63,984 nucleotides of DNA, filler included, from an uncultured Myxococcia bacterium (GCA_964617105.1; 3 parts of 3 records of this genome joined end to end with filler, not necessarily neighbours in it); one strand, 5' to 3'; positions 42,261 to 52,373 are shown, counted from the first letter of the whole stretch. Program-made: numbers and translations. Notes: generated from the sequence alone by a model not told the origin.

Positions 42261-44519
42261 ATGAGAAAAGAAGAAGCATTAGAATATCATTCCAGAGGCC
42301 GTAAAGGAAAAATCGAAGTCATTTCCACCAAACCCTGCCTAACTTCAAAAGATCTATCCCTGGCTTATACCCCTGGTGTGGCGGTGCCCTGCCTGGAGAT
42401 CCAAAAAGATCCGGAAAAGGCTTACTCATACACTGCCAAAGGCAACCTGGTGGCGGTTATCTCCAACGGCACAGCAGTTTTGGGACTGGGAAACATCGGC
42501 GCCATGGCAGGGAAACCGGTTATGGAAGGAAAAGGTATTCTGTTCAAACGCTTCGCTGATATTGATGTCTTTGATATTGAACTCGACACCATGGACCAGG
42601 ATGAATTGATCCGCACGGTTCAACTACTCGAACCCACCTTTGGCGGCATCAACCTGGAGGACATTAAGGCTCCAGAGTGTTTTTACATTGAAGAGCAGTT
42701 GAAAAAAACCATGAATATTCCGGTGTTTCATGATGACCAGCATGGAACCGCTATCATCTCCTCCGCCGCTCTAATAAATGCGGTAGAGTTAACCAACAGA
42801 AAATTTGGCGATATCAAGATGGTAGTTTCAGGAGCCGGAGCCTCGGCCATAGCCTGCACTAACCTCTATGTCAGCCTGGGAGTAAAAAGAGAGAATATTC
42901 TGATGGTGGACTCCAAAGGAGTAATCTACAAGGGGCGTAAAGAGGGGATGAACAAGTTCAAAGAAGAATATGCCGCAGAAACCGAATGCCGCACTATTGT
43001 AGACGCCATGAAAGGGGCTGATCTCTTTCTAGGCTGTTCGGTCAAGGGGATGGTTAACAAAGATATGATCCGCTCCATGAACGACCGCCCCATAGTCTTT
43101 GCCATGGCCAATCCTGATCCGGAAATTACCTACCCGGAAGCCAAAGAGGCCCGGGATGATATTATCATGGCCACTGGCCGCTCCGACTATCCCAACCAGG
43201 TAAACAATGTGCTGGGTTTTCCTTTTATTTTCAGAGGCGCCCTGGATGTAAGAGCCACCGAAATCAACGAAGAGATGAAAATTGCCGCTGCCCGCTCCCT
43301 GGCCGAATTGGCCAAAAAAGATGTGCCGGCTTCGGTGTGTAAAGCCTACGGAGATCAGCGATTCTCCTTTGGTCCCGACTATATCATCCCCAAACCCTTT
43401 GACCACCGGGTACTAATCTGGGAAGCCGCCGCCGTGGCCGAAGCAGCCATGAAATCCGGAGTGGCCAAAAAAGAGATCAATCTGGAGGAATACAAGGTGA
43501 TGCTGGAAGAACGGATCAGCCCCAGAAAAGATATTATGAGAGTTATCTTCAACAAGGCCAAACGCCATTCCAAACGGATAGTATTCCCCGAAGGCGCCAA
43601 CGAAAATATCCTCCGCGCAGTGCAGTATCTGGTGGATGAAAATATCTGTGATCCCATCCTGCTCACCTCGGGACCGGAAGAAAACGTGCGCCGCAAGATG
43701 GCGGAACTGAATCTTGATTTGGATCAGATACAGGTGATAAATATCACTAAATCAACCAAGCAGGATGAATATGCCGAGCAATTATACAAAATGCGCCAGC
43801 GCAAAGGGCTCAACTTTGCCCAGGCCAGGGGGCTCTGCCGCCTGACCAATTACTTCGGGCTGATGATGGTTCATATGGGCGATGCCGATGGATTGGTATC
43901 CGGGCTGACCATGTCCTATCCGGAAACCGTGCGGCCCGCCATGGAAATTGTGGGTAAAAGCCCCCAGGTTCACAAAGTGAACGGGGTCTATATTATGGGT
44001 ATCAAAAACCGTATCATCTTTTTTGCCGATACCACCATGATTATCGAGCCCACAGCCGAAGATTTGGCGGAGATCGCCATTAACACCGCAGAGATGGCCA
44101 AAAGCTTTGACATCGAACCCAATATTGCCATGCTCTCCTTCTCCAATTTTGGTTCTGTCCAGCATCCTCTTTCTCAAAAAGTAGCCAAAGCGGTTTCTCT
44201 GGTGCGGAAAAAGAGACCCGACCTATCTATCGATGGCGAGATGCAGGCGGACACAGCTGTGGTTGAGAATATTCTGCACGACCAATACAACTTCTGTAAA
44301 ATCAAAAAACCAGCCAATATTATGGTTTTTCCAGATTTACAGTCGGGCAACATCGCCTATAAACTGCTCAACCGGTTGGGCGGAGCCGATGCTATCGGAC
44401 CAATCCTGATGGGTATGCGCAAACCGGTGAATGTGCTACAAAAGGGTGATGACATCCAGGAGATAGTTAATATTGCCGCCATGACCGTGGTGCGAGCCCA
44501 TGAAGATTTGCTCAGATAA
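42261..44519 (+). CDS. maeB: NADP-dependent malic enzyme with phosphotransacetylase-like domain
   Basis: [35 protein letters not shown]-terminal DGEMQAD. Confidence 0.95.
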   Translation: MRKEEALEYHSRGRKGKIEVISTKPCLTSKDLSLAYTPGVAVPCLEIQKDPEKAYSYTAKGNLVAVISNGTAVLGLGNIGAMAGKPVMEGKGILFKRFADIDVFDIELDTMDQDELIRTVQLLEPTFGGINLEDIKAPECFYIEEQLKKTMNIPVFHDDQHGTAIISSAALINAVELTNRKFGDIKMVVSGAGASAIACTNLYVSLGVKRENILMVDSKGVIYKGRKEGMNKFKEEYAAETECRTIVDAMKGADLFLGCSVKGMVNKDMIRSMNDRPIVFAMANPDPEITYPEAKEARDDIIMATGRSDYPNQVNNVLGFPFIFRGALDVRATEINEEMKIAAARSLAELAKKDVPASVCKAYGDQRFSFGPDYIIPKPFDHRVLIWEAAAVAEAAMKSGVAKKEINLEEYKVMLEERISPRKDIMRVIFNKAKRHSKRIVFPEGANENILRAVQYLVDENICDPILLTSGPEENVRRKMAELNLDLDQIQVINITKSTKQDEYAEQLYKMRQRKGLNFAQARGLCRLTNYFGLMMVHMGDADGLVSGLTMSYPETVRPAMEIVGKSPQVHKVNGVYIMGIKNRIIFFADTTMIIEPTAEDLAEIAINTAEMAKSFDIEPNIAMLSFSNFGSVQHPLSQKVAKAVSLVRKKRPDLSIDGEMQADTAVVENILHDQYNFCKIKKPANIMVFPDLQSGNIAYKLLNRLGGADAIGPILMGMRKPVNVLQKGDDIQEIVNIAAMTVVRAHEDLLR

Positions 44520-45444
44520 CCCCGAACCAGACCATATGATCTGCCGGCAGATAGAACAATACCTGGAGTATTTGCGCAACACCCGTAACTATTCTCCTAA
44601 TACCATTAAAGGTTATGGCACTGATCTTCGGCAGTTCAATACCTTTTTAACCGACAAAAATATCGACCTGAAAACGGTTGAGTTGGCTATTTTGACCGAT
44701 TTTTTGATGGAGTTGCACAAGATAAACTGCCCGGCTTCTATTGCCCGCAAAATAGCCACTCTAAAAGGCTTCTTTCATTTTCTTCAAAGTCGGGGCCGCC
44801 TGAAAGTTAATCCTGCGGAGTTTCTCTTTACCCCAAAATTACCACAAAAACTGCCGCTTTTTCTTTCGGTGGACGAAGTGTTCCAACTCCTGGACAACTG
44901 GGACAAAAAAAATTGGCGCGACCTGAGAGACTGGGCTATCCTGGAACTCTTTTACGGTAGCGGGCTGAGGGTAAGCGAACTGGCAGCCCTGGACCTGAAA
45001 CATGTTGACCTTCACGGAGCCCTCTGCCGGGTGATGGGAAAGGGGAGAAAAGAACGAATAGTACCTATGGGCAAGAGATCTATCTTCGCCCTGGAGCAAT
45101 ACCTGGCCCAAAGACCAAATCCCGCCATGCTAAAAACCAAACCGGACAGCAACAGCAAAACCACGGCCAACCCGCTTTTTATCAACTACCAGGGTGGACG
45201 ATTGTCGGTGCGGGGCATCTCTTTGACGGTGAAAAAGATCAAACAGCAAACTGATATTTATAAAAATATCAGTCCCCATACTTTGCGCCACTCCTTTGCC
45301 ACCCACATGCTGGAAGGAGGCGCCAGCCTGCGGGCCATTCAAGAAATGCTGGGTCACAGCAGTCTTTCCACCACTCAAAAATATACCCATCTGGATATCG
45401 ACAAGATCATGGAAATTTATGACCAAGCCCACCCCAAGGCGTGA
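44500..45444 (+). CDS. xerC: Tyrosine recombinase XerC
   Basis: [38 protein letters not shown]. Confidence 0.88.
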   Translation: MKICSDNPEPDHMICRQIEQYLEYLRNTRNYSPNTIKGYGTDLRQFNTFLTDKNIDLKTVELAILTDFLMELHKINCPASIARKIATLKGFFHFLQSRGRLKVNPAEFLFTPKLPQKLPLFLSVDEVFQLLDNWDKKNWRDLRDWAILELFYGSGLRVSELAALDLKHVDLHGALCRVMGKGRKERIVPMGKRSIFALEQYLAQRPNPAMLKTKPDSNSKTTANPLFINYQGGRLSVRGISLTVKKIKQQTDIYKNISPHTLRHSFATHMLEGGASLRAIQEMLGHSSLSTTQKYTHLDIDKIMEIYDQAHPKA

Positions 45445-45466
45445 CCCTGGAGAGATAAAAACCGCC

Positions 45467-47296
45467 ATGAAAACTTCTGGTTCTGCACCTATTTTATCAC
45501 CAATACCACTATTGGGCTCATTTTTATCTGCCCTGGTTAAATCCAGCGGAAACAAAATTTACCCAGCCCTGGGGCTGTTGATTTTTCAAGGACTTTTCAG
45601 CGGCCTGGGGCTATTTACCCTTATCCCTTTGCTTCATCTGGCCGGCTTAACCCAACATGGCCAACCTCCGGGGAAATTGATCTCCTTTACCCTTTCCCTG
45701 TTTGTCCGGCTAGGAATCCCCATCAACTTTGCTTCGGTTTTGTTGATTTATGTATCTATTGTAGCGCTGCTGGGCATGATACAGTATTGGCAAAAACTGC
45801 TCAACTCCTGCATACATCAGGAGTTTTGCCGTTATTTGCGCAGCCGGCTATACAACTCCTTTATCAAAGCCAACTGGCTGTTTATCACCAGGCAAAAAAT
45901 ATCTAATCTATCCCACCTTCTCTCTGCTGAACTGAATACCGTGGCCATGGGCGCCTCTTTTCTACTCACCTTTTTTGGCTCTGCAACCATCTCCCTGGTT
46001 TATATAATATTTGCCATGCTCCTATCCCCACTGCTCACCATACTGGCGATATGTTTAGCCGGCCTCCTTTCTCTGGTTCTCAAACCATTTAGTGAACAAT
46101 CCATCCTTTACGGCGCCCGCATGCGGGACAACCGCCAACAATTGTACGAAACCATAAACCTCCACCTGGGAGGGATCAAACTGACAAAAAGTTATGGCTT
46201 GGAAAAAGAGCAGGCCCAAAATTTTTCCCGCGCCAACGCTGGAATCGCCAAAGAAATGGTCAATTTTAGCCGCCTGTCTGGCCGTTTACGGTTTTTATTC
46301 ACCCTGGGACCGGCAATATGTATCAGCATCCTTTTCTATGTATCAGTGCGGCTGTTGAACCTGCCGATTGAAAACTTGCTGCTGCTGGTCTATATTTTCT
46401 CTCGCCTGCTGCCGCAGATCTCAAACTTACACCAGTATATTCAACGAATATTTAATATGCTGCCCTCCTTTGCCGCCTACCAAAAAATGCAGGTTGCCGC
46501 CGATACTCACCAGGAGGAGCAACTGAATGACCCAATAGCCGCCACCGTTGACTCAGATGCTCGTCATCTGGCCCCTTTAAAGGCGGGATCTACGCCACTG
46601 GTTCCCCTAACCAGGGAAATCCAGTTTGTCAACCTGTCTTTCCAATACCCGGGAGAACGAGAATTCTCTCTGCAAAACTTAGAATTTTCCCTGCCCGCTA
46701 ACCAAATCACCTGCATTGTAGGTCCATCCGGTGCTGGGAAAAGCACTTTGGCCGACCTGCTTCTGGGACTTTTACGTCCCCAAAAGGGTCACATCGAAGT
46801 GGATGGTCTGAAACTCGAACAAGATAATTTGGCTAATTGGCGACGCTCGGTGAGTTATATGCCCCAGGACCCCTTCCTATTCCACCATACTATTCGAGAA
46901 AATCTCCTTTGGGGCAATGTTGACCTTACTGTAGAGGGAAACCTTCAAAGCATTAAAGATGATCTATTGTGGCAGGCTCTATCCATGGCGGCGGCTGACG
47001 ATTTTGTTAAATCTTTCCCGGCTGGACTGAATACCAAGATAGGGGATATGGGTTTTACCCTTTCGGGCGGGCAGCGCCAACGGTTGGCTTTAGCCAGGGC
47101 TCTCCTGAAAAAACCTTCTTTGCTGCTTTTAGATGAACCCTGCACCAGCCTGGACCGGGAAAATGAGTTGATAATCCAAGCGGTGCTTAAAAAATTGAAA
47201 AAAGAGATGACCATGGTGTTCATTGCCCACCACCCCTCATTTATAGGGATCGCCGATTTAGTGATAAACCTGGAAAATGGGGTGATCGTCAAATAG
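45467..47296 (+). CDS. ABC exporter, fused permease + ATPase
   Basis: Several TM helices; GPSGAGKS, LSGGQRQR, LLLDEP. Confidence 0.9.
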   Translation: MKTSGSAPILSPIPLLGSFLSALVKSSGNKIYPALGLLIFQGLFSGLGLFTLIPLLHLAGLTQHGQPPGKLISFTLSLFVRLGIPINFASVLLIYVSIVALLGMIQYWQKLLNSCIHQEFCRYLRSRLYNSFIKANWLFITRQKISNLSHLLSAELNTVAMGASFLLTFFGSATISLVYIIFAMLLSPLLTILAICLAGLLSLVLKPFSEQSILYGARMRDNRQQLYETINLHLGGIKLTKSYGLEKEQAQNFSRANAGIAKEMVNFSRLSGRLRFLFTLGPAICISILFYVSVRLLNLPIENLLLLVYIFSRLLPQISNLHQYIQRIFNMLPSFAAYQKMQVAADTHQEEQLNDPIAATVDSDARHLAPLKAGSTPLVPLTREIQFVNLSFQYPGEREFSLQNLEFSLPANQITCIVGPSGAGKSTLADLLLGLLRPQKGHIEVDGLKLEQDNLANWRRSVSYMPQDPFLFHHTIRENLLWGNVDLTVEGNLQSIKDDLLWQALSMAAADDFVKSFPAGLNTKIGDMGFTLSGGQRQRLALARALLKKPSLLLLDEPCTSLDRENELIIQAVLKKLKKEMTMVFIAHHPSFIGIADLVINLENGVIVK

Positions 47297-47357
47297 CCTC
47301 TCACCGTTCTCTAAAATGTGTACAAATCTGTACACGGCTTAGTTCCTGCTTCATCGA

Positions 47358-47457
47358 NNNNNNNNNNNNNNNNNNNNNNNNNNNNNNNNNNNNNNNNNNN
47401 NTTAATTAATTAANNNNNNNNNNNNNNNNNNNNNNNNNNNNNNNNNNNNNNNNNNNN
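47358..47457. other. Artificial contig linker (N-TTAATTAATTAA-N)
   Basis: Same 100-nt linker as 23654-23753. Confidence 0.97.
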
Positions 47458-47567
47458 TTAAAATTGTTTTTCATCTTCTGAAAAGCCTGGTTAAAGGTTG
47501 ATAACATTCCTATTTGCAATCTTCCTTGATTACCCGCCCCGTCTTCCCTGACGCCCTTAGTATTATC

Positions 47568-47590
47568 GGCAGGCGGACTATCCGCCTGCC
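47568..47590 (-). terminator. GC-rich hairpin downstream of flgE (terminator or stabiliser)
   Basis: ggcaggcgga-cta-tccgcctgcc, 10-bp stem; no clear U-tract. Confidence 0.5.
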
Positions 47591-47603
47591 CGGTAATTAT
47601 TTA

Positions 47604-48965
47604 TTATCGTTTGATGTTGAATAACTGCATCAACATCCGGTCAGAGGTCATAACCACCTTGGAGGCAGCCTGAAAAGACCTCTGGGTTTTAATCATGTCA
47701 ACGAACTCTTTGGTCAAATCCACGTTGGACATCTCCAGGGCTCCACCCTGAATTAGTCCGGTGCCGCCCGAGCCGGCTTCGTTAATAATCGGCGCTCCGG
47801 AATCAACTGTGGAACTGTAAAGATTTCCGTTATTGGCTTTGAGACCCCGGGTGTTTTGAAACTTGGCCAGCATCACTTTGCCGATATTGCGCTCTTCACC
47901 ATCGGAAAAGAGGCCGGAAATATATCCCTGGGAGGTGACCCGAAAACTCTTCATCTCCGAGGCCTTGAAACCGTCCTGGGTAGTTTTGATTATGGCGTTG
48001 GTAGATGCATAAGAGGTAATGCCGCCACCACTGGCAAAGTCAAAGTTTATTATCTGGCTGTTGTCAGCGCCTTTAAAGTGAACCGCCCCGGTGTTACGGG
48101 TGCCAGTCCCTTTGTCTTGCTTAACCAGGTTGCCGTTTTTATCAAAATCGAGAGTTCCGCCGGCAATCTGCACGTAGAGTTTGCTACTGTCCACCGGAGC
48201 AGGGGTGGTGTCCACCTTCGACTGTTTGGCCAGCACCTGGTAGTTCCAGGATGATACACTATCAGCGTGGGCTGAAGTTCCGATTCTGCCGGCCGCTCCA
48301 GAACCGGATAGTTTGGAGAAATGGATTTCCAGTTCCTGAGCCTGGCCCCGGGAATCGTAAACCGTCACCGTAGAGGCAAAGCTCGATTTTTGGGCTGGAT
48401 TATTTTCCATTGCGGCGGCATCGGGTATGGATGTTTTGGCAGCGGTGGTGGCATCCAGGTTGGCCGCTATTTTTACTTCTGAGGATGCTCTGCCCGACTG
48501 GCTGTTGTTGCTGATGTTGATATTATCCAGTCCGCCTACCACCTTACCGTCCTTGTCCAGGTTGAATCCCTGGAGTTTCAGTCTATTGGCATCCACCATA
48601 AAACCGTCTTTATCTATATGAAAGTTACCTACTCGAGTGTAGTAGGCACCTTGGTACCCGTCGGCAGTTCCTTTGACCATAAAGAACCCCTGGCCTTTAA
48701 TAGCCATATCGCTGTTGATATTGGTCTCTTTCAAACTGCCAATGGAAAAATCGGTTTCAGTGTTTAATACACCAACTCCTACGCCTGCTTCTTTGGAACC
48801 GGCGTGACCGTGGATGATGCCGCCCAAAAGTTCGTGAAAAGACGCTCTTTTGCGTTTGTAACCGTCGGTGTTCAGGTTGGAAAGGTTGTCGCCGATAATC
48901 TGTAGATTTCTTTCATTGATTTGGATACCGGTAGCGCCGGTATAGATGGAATTTAAACAACTCAT
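47604..48965 (-). CDS. flgE: Flagellar hook protein, paralog 1
   Basis: GDNLSNLNTDGYK, YTRVGNF, VYDSRG, LEMSNVDLTKEFVDMI..QR. Confidence 0.92.
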   Translation of the reverse strand: MSCLNSIYTGATGIQINERNLQIIGDNLSNLNTDGYKRKRASFHELLGGIIHGHAGSKEAGVGVGVLNTETDFSIGSLKETNINSDMAIKGQGFFMVKGTADGYQGAYYTRVGNFHIDKDGFMVDANRLKLQGFNLDKDGKVVGGLDNINISNNSQSGRASSEVKIAANLDATTAAKTSIPDAAAMENNPAQKSSFASTVTVYDSRGQAQELEIHFSKLSGSGAAGRIGTSAHADSVSSWNYQVLAKQSKVDTTPAPVDSSKLYVQIAGGTLDFDKNGNLVKQDKGTGTRNTGAVHFKGADNSQIINFDFASGGGITSYASTNAIIKTTQDGFKASEMKSFRVTSQGYISGLFSDGEERNIGKVMLAKFQNTRGLKANNGNLYSSTVDSGAPIINEAGSGGTGLIQGGALEMSNVDLTKEFVDMIKTQRSFQAASKVVMTSDRMLMQLFNIKR

Positions 48966-49009
48966 AAAAACCTCCTTGTAAAAGGCATCTATAATTATGC
49001 CTTTTATTG

Positions 49010-49041
49010 AGGCCTTCCGTCATTGCTGACGGTCCAGGCCT
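49010..49041 (-). promoter_or_regulatory. Candidate cis-regulatory RNA motif, copy A (flgE1 leader)
   Basis: AGGCCU-GGA-CCGUCA-GCAA-UGACGG-A-AGGCCU, then a second hairpin and AAGGAGG RBS. Confidence 0.75.
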
Positions 49042-49060
49042 TTGAGTAAACTAAACTAAC

Positions 49061-49405
49061 TTAAACCAACATCACCGAGTCAATTTTGGTAAACAGGTTA
49101 CCCTTCAGGTTGTCCCTGGCGATGATGGTGATAATCTTGCGCTGTACCACGCTAACTATATAGGCTGTATCTCCGGTTAAAAGCAGCGACTCTTTGGCCC
49201 CTTTGGCTTCCATCCGTTGGATGCAATCTCCAATCCTCTTCTCCTCTTGATGAGTGATAGAGATATTTCTCTCATCCATCCGCTGGCGGGCATGTTTTGA
49301 CCAGGAATAACCATAATCGCTGTCTGCCATTGCCTGTATCATTCCCATAGCCGGGGTTTTGAATTTGCTGGAGTTTTTTCTGGAAATATTTTGTCTGTAA
49401 TTCAT
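49061..49405 (-). CDS. TIGR02530-like flagellar operon protein, paralog 1
   Basis: WSKHARQRMDERNI, KGAKESL, IVSV..R.IIT, FTKIDS. Confidence 0.85.
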   Translation of the reverse strand: MNYRQNISRKNSSKFKTPAMGMIQAMADSDYGYSWSKHARQRMDERNISITHQEEKRIGDCIQRMEAKGAKESLLLTGDTAYIVSVVQRKIITIIARDNLKGNLFTKIDSVMLV

Positions 49406-49611
49406 TTTGTTACCTATATAATTTTATATATATTCGTTTTGCATTTTATCTGTTTCGGCCTGGCCGGGGGGTTCACATTACTTCCCGGCCGCTGGCTTTG
49501 TGATTGAATCTTTTTTACTATTAAGTTTTAAAGGTTTCGAAATGCTCCTTAGTAATCGTCGCTGGTTTTTAGGGGTTAATCTCTAACCCCTTAATCCCTT
49601 ACCCCTAACCC

Positions 49612-51081
49612 CTACCGCTTGAGGCTCATTGCTTCTTGCAGCAATTGGTCTGCAGTGGTTATGCTTTTCACATTAGCGGAAAAGCCCCGTTGAGTAGTGA
49701 TCAGGTTGACGAATTCATTGGCGATATCCACGTTGGATCTCTCTAAGGAACCGGAGACGATGGTGCCGCGGCCCTCGGTGCCGGCTGAACCTACAGCCGG
49801 ACGTCCCGATTGGGCAGTTTCGCCATACATATTGCCCGATAATTTTTTCAGGGAGTTCACATCTTTGAAATCAGCAATAGCCACCTGGCCCAACTCTCTC
49901 TTGTTGCCATTGGAGAAAAACCCTTTTACCGTACCATCGGGGTCGATGGAGATATCCTGTAGCGAACCTACGCTGCGTCCGTCTTGGGACTGGTAGGAGA
50001 GGGCGCTGGAGGATGCGTAACTGGTGATCCCCTTGGTGGTGGCTTTGGGGTCAGTGTTAGCAGGAAGATTGGGATCTTCCGGACCGCCTTTAACAGTACC
50101 TTGGCCGTCAAAGGAGATGGTTAACTCTTGAGCGATGGCTTCGGAGAACTCTACCGGCACGGTAAAACCGGTGGTGCCGGCCTGGGGAAATCTGCCCATC
50201 AGGGAGCCGTTGGCGTCAAAGTCCAGGGTTCCCTTGCTCAGCAGGGTGTTGCCGTCAGCAATATTTTGGTATTGACCGGCGAAGCCTTTGGCCAGTTCAT
50301 CATTTTTCGAGGTTACATAATAGTTCCAGGAAGTGGCTGGCGTTGCAGTCAATTTGCCCGGGTCCGCCCGGCCGATGGTTCCTTTGGCGGTATCTTCCAC
50401 CGCGTTGGGGTCGGTCAGTTTGCTAAAGTGAACTTCCAGGTCGTGAGCTCTGCCCCGGGAATCGTATACTGTAACCGAAGTGGAAAGATTACTCATTTTG
50501 CTGGGGTCAGAGGTGATAACCTCTTTGGCAGTTTGTCCCGGAGGCATAGTTTTGGCGTCATCTTCGGAGTTGAGGTTGGCCACCAGGTCCACCAGAGAGG
50601 TGTTCCTGGGGTCGCTCTTGGAAGATCCGATATTAAGGTCGCCGATGGTGCTCATCTGGTTGCCCAGACCATCAAAAAGGTAGCCTTGCAATTTTAGTCC
50701 CAGCGGATTGGTCAGATATCCTTCTTTGTTCATGCTGAACTGGCCGGCTCTGGTGTAAAAGTCACCAGAGGTGCCGTTGAAGTTACCTTTGGTCATAAAG
50801 AAACCGCGTCCGGAGATGGCCAGGTCGGAAACCCTGCCAGTATTGACGATGGCGCCGTCTTCAAAGATTTGTTGAACATTTTGTACCCGTACGCCGCGGC
50901 CTACCTGGCTGATGGTGGCGCCGCCCACGATGCTTTGGCTCAATACATCTTGAAAGTTGACCCGGGAGCGTTTGTACCCCACGGTGTTCAGGTTGGAGAG
51001 GTTATTTCCGATAACTGACAGTCCCTTAGATTGGGAATACAGACCGGAAATACCGGAGAAAAGAGTACCGTAAATAGACAT
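49612..51081 (-). CDS. flgE: Flagellar hook protein, paralog 2
   Basis: GNNLSNLNTVGYK, YTRAGQF, VYDSRG, LERSNVDIANEFVNLITTQR. Confidence 0.93.
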   Translation of the reverse strand: MSIYGTLFSGISGLYSQSKGLSVIGNNLSNLNTVGYKRSRVNFQDVLSQSIVGGATISQVGRGVRVQNVQQIFEDGAIVNTGRVSDLAISGRGFFMTKGNFNGTSGDFYTRAGQFSMNKEGYLTNPLGLKLQGYLFDGLGNQMSTIGDLNIGSSKSDPRNTSLVDLVANLNSEDDAKTMPPGQTAKEVITSDPSKMSNLSTSVTVYDSRGRAHDLEVHFSKLTDPNAVEDTAKGTIGRADPGKLTATPATSWNYYVTSKNDELAKGFAGQYQNIADGNTLLSKGTLDFDANGSLMGRFPQAGTTGFTVPVEFSEAIAQELTISFDGQGTVKGGPEDPNLPANTDPKATTKGITSYASSSALSYQSQDGRSVGSLQDISIDPDGTVKGFFSNGNKRELGQVAIADFKDVNSLKKLSGNMYGETAQSGRPAVGSAGTEGRGTIVSGSLERSNVDIANEFVNLITTQRGFSANVKSITTADQLLQEAMSLKR

Positions 51082-51140
51082 AGATCCCTCCCTGACGAGC
51101 TCAAAGAGCCCGCAGTACCCGGGTAAACGACCCGGGGAAG

Positions 51141-51166
51141 GGGTATCCTCAAATGAGGTCCTACCC
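51141..51166 (-). promoter_or_regulatory. Candidate cis-regulatory RNA motif, copy B (flgE2 leader)
   Basis: GGGUA-GGA-CCUC-AUUU-GAGG-A-UACCC, then two hairpins and GGGAGG RBS. Confidence 0.72.
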
Positions 51167-51501
51167 TGTTGATAAATATTACCGGATTTAGCCTGAGTAG
51201 AGAAAATGATCCAAACCGATCAAAAATCTCTTGGGTTAGCAGTTTTCGTCCGAGAATCCACAACCGAAGGGGTTTTCGGACGGAAATCAGGTTAAAACCT
51301 GGTATTCCAACTAAAATGTAAATGAAGATTTATACTTCTTCCGACTTGTCAGGTGATATCGGCCAGCAGTTACACTTCTATTATCATGGTGCCACAGAAG
51401 GTTTCGCCATAATCGATGGCAAGGGTACACCCTCTTGTACCAAGAAGTGGGTTATATATTTTACTGGTGATCTGCCTTACAATGGAGAAGTATTAAGAGC
51501 A

Positions 51502-51691
51502 CGAGTGCTCTGTACAACATTAACTTTCGCATCTTGCTCGTTCTTTGGCGCGCCTGCTGAGGCCGAAGGTCATCCCTGTGGGACGTTGCGACTTCAGTCA
51601 CATAGCGTTGCTATGCTCCATCAGTCGCGCCTTGCCGGCATACCAAATTACTTCGCAATCTTGCGAACACTAATGCTGTACAGAACAGTAG
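51502..51691. mobile_element. MITE-like element with 19-bp imperfect terminal inverted repeats
   Basis: agtgctctgtacaacatta (51504-51522) vs taatgctgtacagaacagt (51671-51689), 16/19 complementary; flanks cgag/gtag resemble a decayed CTAG. Confidence 0.78.
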
Positions 51692-51768
51692 AAATAGATG
51701 AGATACATGGGAATCCTCCTTCCGGGACACTATTGTCCAGATGGCTGCCGCAGTCGTTTGGCAGCCGG

Positions 51769-51870
51769 AGGGCCTCCTGTGGTGGTGTCCATCCGGCAAG
51801 GGGGAGTCGGTCTGCTGCGAATTCTCGCTACCAACTTGGTTTGCGGATGAACCCCGAGAGGTCCGGCCCT
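51769..51870 (-). promoter_or_regulatory. Candidate cis-regulatory RNA motif, copy C (expanded, multibranched)
   Basis: AGGGCC-GGA-CCU...AGG-A-GGCCCU with inner GUUCAUCCG/CGGAUGGAC helix; followed by GGCUGCC/GGCAGCC hairpin, AGGAGG and ATG 51708. Confidence 0.68.
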
Positions 51871-51921
51871 TAAATTAAATTTTAGTTGCCATCCAAATCG
51901 TAGGATGACAACTGCTACACA

Positions 51922-52317
51922 CTAAACAAACATTGCACTATCTATATTGGTAAAAACATTCTGTTTCATTGAGTCAGGGTCAACCGCGGTGATTACGGTG
52001 CGGTTGGGTACTGATACCACCAGTGCCGCTTTCTGGGTCAAAAAGAGCGACTCTTTTGCTCCTTTGTCTTCTGCCCTGGTAAAGGCCTCGTTAATTTTAG
52101 CCATCTCCTGGTTGTCAAAAGAGATATTTCGTTGTTTCATCCGCAAGGCGGCATGATTAGAAAACCTGATAGAATCCGCATTTTGGATTTCCTGGTTGAG
52201 CAAGTCCTGAAATGCAGCTCCTTTAGGAACCGGCAAATTCTTGGTCCTTGGCGCTGAAGCAGGCCGGGTAACGGCTGGATTCAGGTAGGTTTGAAGTATC
52301 TTCTGGTTGACTTTCAT
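51922..52317 (-). CDS. TIGR02530-like flagellar operon protein, paralog 2
   Basis: FSNHAALRMKQRNI, KGAKESL, VVSVPNRTVITA, NVFTNIDSA. Confidence 0.9.
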   Translation of the reverse strand: MKVNQKILQTYLNPAVTRPASAPRTKNLPVPKGAAFQDLLNQEIQNADSIRFSNHAALRMKQRNISFDNQEMAKINEAFTRAEDKGAKESLFLTQKAALVVSVPNRTVITAVDPDSMKQNVFTNIDSAMFV

Positions 52318-52373
52318 AGTATTAAATGCTAATAATTATAACGTCTTTGGTGTTAACCTCGTCAAATTATAGA

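Noticed and set aside
44500-45444. Prophage or island integrase
   Set aside because: Sequence and context fit housekeeping XerC; no att sites or phage genes seen
49545-49580. Possible sigma-28 promoter (TTAA-N15-GACGATTA, minus strand) before TIGR02530 paralog 1
   Set aside because: Too many mismatches to the consensus to support
51082-51921. c-di-GMP riboswitch or tRNA upstream of flgE
   Set aside because: No GEMM-type GGCAAA/GAAA-receptor pattern and no tRNA arm consensus; reported instead as a separate candidate motif
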